A DNA stretch of 64,000 nucleotides from Takakia lepidozioides. Lineage: Eukaryota > Plantae > Bryophyta. The stretch covers positions 23,188,001 through 23,252,000 of the forward strand of contig CM060732.1 of assembly GCA_030704615.1 (NCBI GenBank), in the 5' to 3' direction. Positions within the stretch are counted from its first letter, which is position 1. Every line of letters starts with the position of its first letter. Made by a program: the position numbers and the translations under genes. Shown piece after piece: positions 34,553-45,718 of the stretch. Under the pieces are notes generated by a model that was given only the letters and a program-made list of their open reading frames with translations, made no database searches and was not told the DNA's origin.

Positions 34553-36777
34553 TCATTCCGACAAAGAATATTTTGTGCTACTGGAGTCGGCGTCCAAAAC
34601 AATGGCAGAACTGTCTATAAAGACACCAGCCCTGCTTTGCACAAAACCCTCTCTGTTCAAAAGCAAACTAGGGGGAGAAGAGAGGAGACTAAATTTCGAA
34701 GCTGCAGCCTCCGCATAACATGGCAATTTAAAATCTGCTTTCGGACTTGGGAAAAATTGCGGGTTTGCAAAGAAAGGGAGGAACCGTGGCGACCTTGGGC
34801 TCCTGTACACACAAACAAACAATGTAAGTCCATATACATTCTGTTGGCCCAACTTGTGCAGGAAAGATGGAAATGGAAGGATGCGCCGTTGTGTCAGTGA
34901 AGTGCCACAACTGAACTAGCACTCCCTCACATGAGAAATCGGAATCAACATCTAGAGCATCGGGCTCTTGCAGATCCTGCTCCACAACAATGTTCTCAGT
35001 ATGGGTCGAATGCGATGAACCCCCAGACAGAGGTGCGATGACTTGAGAGTAGAGATGCTCGTCCCCCTCCATCGCAAAAAAATGCTTGCCTGCATACTTG
35101 CATGCATGGAAGGAAGCCCCTGCAACAGTGCAAATGGATCCACGAAACAAAGTAAGAAGCAGAATCTGAAGGCAAAGAAGTGCACCCAAGCAATGGAATC
35201 TGATTGGGTACCAACCTGTACCCATGGACAGGTCCACCACTTTCCCACCATGCCGGCTGCATGTCTCAATCAAAGTCTGCATGAAAGCGGGTGACTTCTC
35301 CCGAGCACCTCTCCATGGAATGCCACCAGTTTTTTTCAATGTCTGGGAAGAGTCCACATAGTTGTGGATAACATCGGATTGCACAGGGTCGCATTCAGGG
35401 TCTATGTGAAGCCCCCCTTCCCAAACGTCAAAATGGCCAACATGAGCAGGAGTGGTGTCTGGCCGAATTCAAGCAAGACAAATGGCCTTGAACACATGTG
35501 TCTACAGCAGCACCAATGTTAGAAACGTTGTAAAGGGAAATTCCACGAAACAATAACACACAACAAAGCCCAGGCAAGCACCTTCTGTCCGGGAAACTCT
35601 GCATTAGATAGTGGCAGGGTGTTCACACAGGTCCAAATTTTGCGGATTTTGAACCCCGACGACTTCATGTAGTTGTGAAGCAACCGGCGGGATGCCATGT
35701 CCTCACCCTAGAAAATCAAAAGCGACCCAGCGTCAGATATAAACTTGTTGCTGAAAGAGAAGGCCCACTGCCCGTAAAGTGGATTTTGAGCATTCCAAGC
35801 TAGAGTCACATCTGTGGGAATGATATCAGGCACTGGAAGCCCATCTGGGATGTCAAGGATGACAAGATCTGTCGCGTAGGGCTGCTGTACTCCATTCACC
35901 CAACATGGCGTCCTGGTCACCTGAAATGAGGACAGGCAATCATATGAGATAGACAAATTGCAGTGGAGACACCAGAGCCAGTGATCCGTTGCACCTCCCA
36001 TATTAAGATGTCGTTGACGACACCTTAATGCACCACCTACGCTCCCCCAACAATGCATCAAAAAAGACCAGAGTATGATGCGGCGGGCTCACCAGGGTGA
36101 GGAAAGAGCACATATGGTCCCATGTAGGTGACTTCACACCCACGAAAGTGGACTTTCTTGACTCCATCATACGGAGGAAGCTCACGTTGGCCGTTTTACG
36201 CTGGAAGTGCGGGCCCACAACCCTGGACACATACAGCCGTGCTTCGTAAGGGCGTTTCTTTGCTATGTGTGTACTGTGCCGATCTACATCGGTGGATGTG
36301 TTGGCGACCTGTGTCTACTGTTTCTGGGCAGGTTGCACAGCCAAATCAACAGAAGCCCCAGCTGGCCCAGCAGTGTCAGGAGGGTCTGCCACTGCTTCCC
36401 CAACAGCCCCAGTACCCGCATCAGCCGTTGTAGCCTCCACTGTCTGTTTCCCCTTTTCTTGTCGTCAGAAGGGGTGGCCGGTTTTGTAGGCTCTTTCCTA
36501 TTCAGTAGCGCCAAGGCTCTTTGCTGCAACTCCTCATCTATCTGGGGGGCCAGTGAATCTGCGTTTTCATTCTGATTCCTCATGACATTCTCCTCCAGGA
36601 GTCGAAGCTCTCGGGCAGTCCACGTACCACCCACAGTCATGGTAATGTGCCCGACCCCAGTCCTTCACAATGCCAGCAATGTACATTGTGGTTTCATCGT
36701 TTGGGTTCGCCCATCCACGAATGAAGTCTGGATCCTCACTTAGGGTGTTCTCCGGAATAAGAACAAAGTGAAAGTAC
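34553..36777 (-). pseudogene. Copy B: diverged tandem paralog of the MTase-like gene, same exon structure, 5' part lost or interrupted at the gypsy junction (~37260)
   Basis: ATDLVILDIPDG (35854-35840), PWRGAREKSPAFMQTLIETCSRHGGKVVDLSMGT|GASFHACKYAGKHFFAMEGD; introns at positions equivalent to copy A (exons 36777-36093, 35920-35582, 35501-35216, 35119-~34927, last exon from ~34802); stops and frameshifts. Confidence 0.75.
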
Positions 36778-37035
36778 CTGCAGAGAAGAAAACCATCCCG
36801 CTTAGAGAGTTTCCTTGAACACAACAGAAATGGCCATTGAACTGCTATAAATGACTGCATTTTACTCCGAGGATTAAGGTGTCGTCATTGACATCTTAAT
36901 CCAGGCACTAAGAGGCAGGACTCCACAACTGATGTTGGCAATTTTCCCAAAAATCAGACCATGTAAGATCCCCCTTCATATGCTCACTCATCCCAAGAGA
37001 GCATGGATTTAAGGTATCGTCAACGACACCTTAAT
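36002..37035. repeat. Three dispersed copies of a 28-bp palindrome, consensus ATTAAGGTGTCG-N4-CGACACCTTAAT
   Basis: Copies at 36002-36029, 36873-36900 and 37008-37035. Confidence 0.85.
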
Positions 37036-37261
37036 TCCTATTCTCAAATAGCAATAAAAAAAGACAATGACACAATACATAACACCACAAGACTGCTTTA
37101 CAATTGAAAATAGGGACAGAGGTGGAGACATTGAGGCCACCTTAAACCGAACCCCCTTACAGGATGAAAGTCCCAGAAGGTCCAGTATAAGCAGCTCTCT
37201 GGTGGAGAGTATGCTTCAGCCACAGTGATGCCAGTCAGAAGGATGTCTATGGCAATTGGAT

Positions 37262-40200
37262 GGAGAGACATATGTGCGGTGATTACCGACCTGTAAATCG
37301 TCAGACCAAGTCCGATAAGTATGTCATGCCCACACCGGAGGAGATATTTGATGTCATTGGGCATGCTAAGGTCTTTAGCACTTTGGATTTACGATCCGAA
37401 TATCATCAGTTGCCGATCAAGGAGGTGGATAAGCAGAAGACGACATTCTGGGGGATCCATGAGCATGACAAGGATTGCTTATATCAGTGGCAATTCTTAC
37501 CATTCGGGCTTAAGAACGCTCCTGCAAAGTTCCAGAGAGTCATGAATAGGATTCTAGCAGGGGTAGAGTTTGCTCGGTGCTACATAGATGACATGTGCTA
37601 CGGTGGAGGAGCATGAGAGACACTTTCAGGTGGTATTTGAGTGCTTGAGAGCGCACGGATTGAAGCTGCATCCGGGAAAGTGCAAGTTTTTCCACAACCA
37701 GATTGAGTATCTGGATCACATGATATATCTTGGAGGATTGGGGGTACAGTAGACTAAGGTAGAGGCCATTGCACAGATTCCACGCCCCACGGATGTGAGC
37801 CGAGTTCGAGCTTTCATGGGGTTGGCAAGCTACTATAGACGGTTTGTCAAGGGATTTAGTGCCATTGCAAAGGCTCTAACCAAGCTGACCAAGGTGGACC
37901 AGGAGTGGCAATGGGAAGATGAGCAGGAACGAGTTTTTCAAGAGCTCAAGGCGAGGTTGACCTCGGCGCCTATCCCGAGACAACCTATCAGGGGGCGTCC
38001 CTTTCAGCTGCATACAGATTGGAGCATGCTGGGGCTTGGAGCGGTGCTCATACAAGTGGATGATGAGGGAAGAGAGTTCGTAGTGGCTTATGCTAGCCGC
38101 TCGAACAATGCTGCAGAGGCTAAGTATAGCTCATATGAGGGAGAGTGCTTAGCTGAAGTGTGGGCGTGGTATGCATACAGAGGTGCAATAGTTCGTGGCT
38201 AGGTGCATGGTGCGTGACAGGGTGTGTACTTCAATCAATGCCCCTAAGCCACAGTTGCATCATTTACCCATCATGGGGTTGGGCTATAAGTGGAGTCTTG
38301 ACTTCGCAGGACCGTTGCCACTGACGATGCGCCACCACAGATATGTGTTGGTGATGGTGGAGCACTTCTCCAAGTGGATTGAGTTGGTTCCGTTGCCTGA
38401 TAAGGCTAATGAGGGGGCTGCCTATGCATTCTTGGATCGTGTGCTTAGCCGATTCGGTGCTCCAGCTGAGGTACTCACGGACCAAGAGAGAGAGTTCTTG
38501 GGGGAGTTTCAGGCTTTGTGTGATAAAGCCTTGATAGACCACCGCACCACTTCTCGAGATCATCCTGAGGCCGATGGCTTGGCAGAGAGAGTTGTGCAGA
38601 CGGTGAAAAGGGGTTTGCGCAAGTATGGCTTGCAGCAGGGATACCTAGGAGATTGGCCGGATCTTCAGGTACCTTGGTTAGCCATGGGCTATAGGTTCAG
38701 CAAGCAAACATCACTTGTCTCCTTCTCACCATATTTCCTTCTATTTGGCCGAGAGCCGGATTTGTCTGCAGCCATTCGTATGGACATTGCTCAAGTCCTT
38801 AATCTTGACAATCCGGACGTGTGGGTACGTGCATGTGATCAGCCTGCAGAGTTGTTCAAGAAAGTCATGCCTATGGCTTTTGAGAACCTTGCCATTGCAC
38901 AGCACCGTGCTACGTTGAGGTATGACACTATACATGGTGGAGGATATCGTCCTGGGGTTCGGAGGTTTAGCCCTGGTGACTATGTTTATTTACAGCAGAC
39001 TGCGCCTACGATCTTGGATATCACAGTAGGGTGTGTTATTCTAAGGGTTCGAGAGGTATTGCCCTCATGAGTCCTGATCTTGGAGGGTCGGGATGACATG
39101 ACTTGGAAGGACCATATGCGTAATTGTGCGCCATGTCACCTTCCCAATGTCAATGACAAAGTTGACCCAAACTTGGCAGTGGTACCTGCAAGTTTGAGGT
39201 GCATGCTCTGTGGGTCTGCCAAAGGGGCAGCCACCATGCTAGTGTGTGATCGATGCTCAACAGGTTGGCACATGGGATGCTTGACACCACCTCTTGAGAG
39301 GGTTCCTAATGGAGATTGGTTACATCCACACTGCTTGGGATAGTGGCAGTGGATATGACTAGTGGCAACTAACAAGACATGAGAAGCCAAGCTCATAGGA
39401 GTCAATACACGAGATCCCAGGCTCAAGTTCACAGGTTGCAAGACGGCGACTAACGATAGGGCAACTCTTGTACCCGGCTTCTTGATCTATCGAGTTTGAG
39501 TGTAGTAGGGACAGTGGTGGAGGACTTAGTGAGGCTACGATTACTACTGCATTTTGTGGCTACCTGGACTTAGAGGGACCTAAGCACCAGCTAGGGGGGC
39601 GATTGTGGTGGATTAGTGACTGCCATAGTAAGCAGCATAGTGGCAGCCTAGTGGTTGGATTAGTGGTTGGACTAGTGGTATACTAATGTGTGGTGTGCAC
39701 TTGTATTGTGTGGTTTTGGACGGCGATGTAGTTGTGTAGCGATATGTATGCGCACGACATCTTCTGTATTATAAGGTGTTACAAGTTTTGCCAAGAAAGT
39801 CCTTTGTGTGTATATGCACGGTTAGGAGTTCTTAAAGAAGAGCCCCAGTGCAAAGTTTGAGAGCTTGTAAAGATAGTTCTTGTTCTGCAAGTTGTTGTAG
39901 GGTTTGAGGAGTTCAAGAAAAGCTCAGGTGTTAACCAAGCAAGTGATGCATGTGTGGAATATGCTTTCAACTTGTGGGGGTCTTCAACTTCAAGCTTATG
40001 AGAACTAGGAGTGAAGAGAGAGATCTGATTTCTCCTTGGTGCAAGATAATGCATTTGTAGAGCATGCTATTGAAGTAACAAGTGCAGAGCTGGAAGAAGA
40101 GCTCTATGGGGTGCACTATGGCCACGAAGGGAGCAACATGAGTGCAGACAATGGTTGGAAGAGGGTGTACCATAGAAAGCTCAATAGCTTGTTCTATGCT

Positions 40201-40283
40201 TGTTTCAACGAGTTCCATGGAGAAGGAGAGCTTTCAAGGCAAAAAAAATTCCTACCGAAGCAAGCATAACTTATGGTGTCACA
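37262..40283 (+). mobile_element. Ty3/gypsy LTR retrotransposon remnant: RT - RNase H - integrase - PHD finger - PPT - 3' LTR; gag, protease and 5' LTR missing
   Basis: RT MCGDYRPVN...FSTLDLRS...LPFGLKNAPAKFQR...YIDD; RH FQLHTDWS..GLGAVL...YASRS; INT WSLDFAG / LTDQ / GLAERVVQTVK; PHD CMLC...CDRC...WHMGC...W; stops, frameshifts and an internal deletion. Confidence 0.93.
39604..40283 (+). repeat. Putative 3' LTR (TGTG...CACA) preceded by polypurine tract AGGGGGG
   Basis: PPT at 39593-39599, TG start at 39604, GGTGTCACA end at 40283; no second LTR in the window to confirm the end. Confidence 0.6.
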
Positions 40284-41036
40284 CTACCTCTATTGCATTC
40301 TGCTTGGTAAGTGCACACCTAGCGCCTATAATTGGAACATTGCCTTGCCCAAACCTTGAGGTACCCCATCATCAAATAACCTGTTGGCCCATACACCTTA
40401 CTTATGGCTGGATTGGTTATAATCGGTAGCATCCAACATGCACCTATGTCACTTTAATCCCGAGGATGCTCTAGAGATTTAAAAATGCCTACTAACATGT
40501 TTTGTTGTGTGTTGTGACATTGTTTTCCTTAAAATGCTATAGCTCACATCGGTAAACTCCTTTTCTAGGTCGTGTGTGCAGCTTGGTGGCCAAAGCCGAG
40601 GATGCCAAACTCTCTATTGGGCCCCTTGGATAGTTTGGCCTTACCTGAGGCAGAATGGTCCTGTACAAACCTCGATCTTGGCGAACAACTTATTCAAATC
40701 TGCTACATGCTCAAGAGAATGGAGTAGACAAACAAAGAGTGATTGTGTCAATTATAGTGATGGTATCCTAGTCTACAAGAAAAGGTTACAGCCCGAAGTC
40801 TTTTTTCGCTCCATCAGATCCCAAGGTGGGTATTGGTCAAAGTAAGCAGTTAACCTCTCATTCTCTTTACTCAAAGTAAAAGCTAAATATTCCTAAGACA
40901 ACTCCCCCACGCCCCCCGGCCTCGGGGTGGCTGCTCCTCAATCATCTTTACTTGGCCTCAGAAAGAATAAAACCCTGTTCTATTGTAAGCTACATAAGTG
41001 TTAGTGGGAACAATGCGGAATACAAAGCTCCTTTAC

Positions 41037-44000
41037 TTAGAAACCTGGCAAGGTAGGTAGGTGTTGTAAAAACCCTGAAATTGGGTTATGTAATTGAAGT
41101 CCTGCCAAATAAGTGGCGATGCCTGCCAAGTATCCAGCCAGAGCAAACCCACTCACCTGCCAAAACCCAATTCACTCATTAGCCACTCTTGAGATTTGTT
41201 TGGATGTTGTTGCCTCATTTAACAGGTGGGCCAAGTGTCATCCTCTAATCTGCACCTCCATCACTTCCATGAGACAGGCTACATGACATTGCATATGGAG
41301 GCATCTTGATCAGCAATGAACATGGAGTACAAATAGCCCTGCTGCTCACTTTAGAACTAATCTCGTTCAAGACTCACTGACTCATTACTAGGCCCTGTTC
41401 TACATACTTCAAACCTCATTCACAAGTAAAACGACACAATCCCACCCAAAATCCTTGCTTCAGGTGTCATCCTGCGTCAAGAGCATTGAATTGTCAGAGG
41501 CACAGACACATACCTTTCTGAAGTACCAGAAGAAGTCTGCTTTTTCCATGCCCATGAACGCAACACCAGCAGCAGAACCGATGATAAGAATGGAGCCACC
41601 AGTTCCTGCACAGTAGGCTATCAGCTGCCAAAGCTCGGCGTCCATAGGGAAAGTGGAGAGGCTGTACATACCCATGGTGGCAGCTACCAGAGGCACATTA
41701 TCGATTACAGCTGATGCCAACCCAATGCTGCCTGCGACTAGCTCCACACTTGGAATATGCGCGTTCAAGTATGTAGCCAACTCTTGCAAGATTCCTGCTG
41801 ACTGCAAGCTGCCCTCGCCATTCACCATGGCAACTTGTTTTCAGAGAAACATTACCTCATTACAAATTTTCAATCAAGGACTTCAACATGCTCCCTTAGG
41901 ACACTGCATTGGCTGCCAGATGGGACTGTGACACTGTACAAGTTCTGCAACTTCCACTTGAGCGGTCATGGTGGGTGTGACACCAGCAGCAAGAAGTGAT
42001 AGCAGCCCTCCCACACCTGATCATCACTCTACAGACCACATCCACCAATCTCACAGCACACAAGGACAGACATTCAGAGGATATGGGCACCAGGTATAAC
42101 ACACCTTCCAACGGAGAGGAGAATGCCAAGAAAGAACAAAACACCCTGCGTGTCTATTCGGGAAAGAGCTTGAGGAACTCTCAACTTCTGTCGGTCACTC
42201 TCACCATAATGGATGGCATCAGTTAAAAGCCAAAGAGTGCCAAGGCCAAACAACATGCCCAGATAAGGGGGTAGCCCTGTCAAGCCCTTGAACACTGGCA
42301 CAAACAATAAGGCTCCCAACCCAACTGCAAAGACAAGCTGCCCCCGTGGTGCCATTTGCTCTGATGACAGTGTTGATTGCACCTCCTTGCTGTCATCAAA
42401 ATCGCTGCATCACAGTTACAGCATGCAAGTGTGTATCATAACTCTGTCCAATCTGCCTTGAGAAATACACAGCAAAAATCATAACCAGAAAAAAAAGATA
42501 TGGGAGCAATTAACCGCTACCTGCTCAAAGACATAAGGGCAAGTGGAACTGCCAAGGAGACCACTGATGGAAGAAACAGGTCCTGCCACCCACAACCATT
42601 CTTCTCATCAACTCCTGAGCTAAGTTCTTGTTCAAAATGCACAGAGCCTGTGTGCAACTGCTTACCCTGGGTGACAGCATCTAGAATCTAGACTTGCTGT
42701 GCACGAAGATACTTTGCTGATTTCAATTTGTTTAAAATGGTCCAATACATTCTAGAATCTGTTTTTCTGGCTTCTTCAAACAACTTACCTCCTCCTAACT
42801 ACTCAGCAACATCTGCTTCTGCTGTTTTGCAGGCAACCTCATTGAATATTTGAACACGCACTCATTAACCAATCCCTTCAAAGGAAGTCCACAAAATTAA
42901 ATTTGACGAGGACGAGCGCTTGAACCTGCATGGTGCGCAGCGTTGAAATTTGGCCATGAATCCAGAGCATGGTGGTGGTCACATCGCCTATGGGTGTCCA
43001 TGCTCCCCCACAATTTGCTGCTATCACCACCACGGCTCCCAGAAACCTGGCTTGCCAGAACCCATCATATCCATCACCAACCCCGTTTATGTACGGACCT
43101 AATGCAACCTACTGAAACTCTCCCCAGCAGTCAGTCTGCACATATTTATCGTCTGGGTTGCTTCAGTCTTGACATTGCTAATCACCCCTTCCCTCTCTCC
43201 ACCATTTACAAACTCACTCACTCACTAGTCCATGTGCACATGTCCTTGCCACCTGCCTTCAACAGCCAGGGCAATGACCTCTCAGAAAAACTATGCGAAG
43301 ACGTCTGTTGACAGACACAGAAAGATGGCTGGCCATGACAGCCTTGGGGGAAACTATCACCTACTGGACCTCATACCAGGTTCAGGGCACATGAGACTCA
43401 ACCTGAAATTGACATGAGTGCATAGCAGATGATAATGCGATTGAGGGAAGTGGCTGACATTGGCATCGTACTAGAAAGAATGAGGTCAACTTTTGTGGTG
43501 CTCCTCTGCCCCTCTGACAACAGAGGTAACGGAGGTGGCTGTAGTTGCATTCCCTTAGAGAGACAGAGAGAGAAGGGACCTGCGGCGTTCAAGATCAGGG
43601 ACAAGCTTGCGCAGAAGAGAGACCATGACGATGGTGGAGGTCAAGTTATCCAGCACTGAGCTGAGGGCAAAAGTGATGCCACCAATCTGCACAGTCATGC
43701 AAACAGGCCAAGCCCCCATAAAGTGACTTTCCATGACAGAGCAATAACGCCACTTCCTCTTCAAATAGATACATGTGCAGCAGAGTTACATTTTCTCTAC
43801 AAAAACTCACCTATTTTGGGTTTCTAGGCAATCTATCTCAGAGCCTGGAGAGTATATTGAACTTTGATACAATCTAACCAAAACTACACAAACCACATAT
43901 TGGCGAAGTTCGCAGAGCTTGGCTCTAGTAGATTATTGACCTCTCCTCAGATTAAAACCCAATTGAATTCATTACAAATCCCCGAAAGGATCCAAGTCGT

Positions 44001-45718
44001 GGTTAAGTAGGGGTCAATGAGAGGCGCACCATACCACCCAAAGAAGGAGACGTGGTCTGCGAGTGGTAATGGAATCAGTCACAATTTTGAAGCCCTGGTG
44101 AGCGTCAATAATCTCCACAATGGTCATGGCGCCCAACAGAAAAAATACTATCTCGCTTACTTCACTTGATGTCTCTGTGAGCTGTGACGCTGCCACCTCC
44201 TGTGTTGGAGCCTGCCAGTATTTCAACACTTCCCTCGATTCAGCTGGTGATAGAAGGCCTGGGCTTACATGAGAAAATAAGAAAGAGTCCTTGTCCTTGA
44301 GCAGAGCCGAATATATTCAAACAATGTGCTGCAACATGTTAAAGAGCTACTGGGACTGGCTCTACCCATAGTGGACACTGCTTCCTCTACCAAGAATCTT
44401 CACATTGCAGCAGCTCAACCCCACTGTTTATGTGGATGAGAATCTGACAATTATCTGCTTCTCTGGACCCTTGGATTCAGCACAGTAGTCTAAAGTAGAA
44501 CAAAACCCTCATAAAATTTCGAAAATTACCCCGAGGCTCCGAATGACCCAGAGTGATACAGCCATTAAAAGACCAACGCCGCTCTTGTTGAATGCCAAAA
44601 ACTCTTCAAACACAATGCCTGCATATCCTAGTATAAACACTCCCACCATTGCCAAATTCTGCAATCCAGCAGCTCCAGTGTTCAGGTAAATGCCCAAGAA
44701 CTCGAAAAGACACTTTAGGCATGTGTAATTGCATGGAAAAGAGAGACAGAAGGATAATGCCAAACTGCGAGGTAGAGAGAGCGGAAATTGTAGTTCTACA
44801 ATTTTGCATATTCAAAAATTAACACAAAGCTTAGACCTGGTTTTCGGCCACCCAGGAGTGGTTGATAATTGCAGCACCAGCAACAACTGAAGCACCAATG
44901 GTAATAGCCTTGATTAAGTCTGTCTTAGGTTTGTAATTGACTTCATAATCCAATGAACTCATCTCATCCACCGAACACAGAGGATCGCACAATCCCCCAC
45001 TTGGTTCCAAATCCTGTATTCCAAAGAGCCATCAACGTAATCAACTTAGCTTTATGCAGGAGCTCTAAAATGTCCGCTGCTTTGCTGAGTTGTATGACCT
45101 CGATCCCCTTCAACTTCTTTCTGCATGGTCCTAGTGCCTCTACAGCGAAGAAATTAAAAAAAGAACACTCCCACATTAACTGTAAGCTAATTCCCCTTTA
45201 AAAAAACCACAAGACTTCAGGAATTTAATCTTTATATGGCGCCACATAGCACAAAACCAAACGGAGCACTGTTACGAAGTCGCCAATTTATAACGTAAAC
45301 AATCATCTCAATCCAAGTCTATATCTCAGATCGCACAGATATCCGGGCTACCGTGACAGCACCAATGCGCAACCTCTACACTCTCTCCCTACGAGTTATG
45401 AATCATTGCCTGGTCACCAGCTTCGGCGATATCCTCGTCTCTTTCAACAGAGGAGGCCCTGTTGGACACATCCCGAGGAGAAGAGAAAAGAGGCCACCCA
45501 AACCCACGTGCTATCTTCACCGGATTCCTCACAGAGCTGCTGGAATTTCTCAGAGACCCAAGCTGCGAAGTAAAGCTGGTGGCATGAGAGCTGGAAAACG
45601 ATCGGCTGTGCCTGACAACTTGTTGGCTGTACAAGCGGCGTGTGCAGGAGAGAGATCGGGAGCTGGGTAAGTTTCCAAGCTGCAATGCCCAGGCTGCCGT
45701 CCCTGCCACTGCCGCCAT
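41037..45718 (-). CDS. NHD1: Plastid NhaD-type Na+/H+ antiporter (multi-exon)
   Basis: IVFEEFLAFNKSGVGLLMAVSLW, EIVFFLLGAMTIVEIIDAHQGF, LSSVLDNLTSTIVMVSLLRKL, SAVIDNVPLVAATMGMY, WQLIAYCAGTGGSILIIGSAAGVAFMGME; transit-peptide-like first exon; last exon ends ...LPGF* at 41037. Confidence 0.93.

Noticed and set aside
30799-36777. Bacterial contamination as source of the MTase-like sequences
   Set aside because: Both copies carry spliceosomal introns at shared positions and are embedded among plant TEs and genes.
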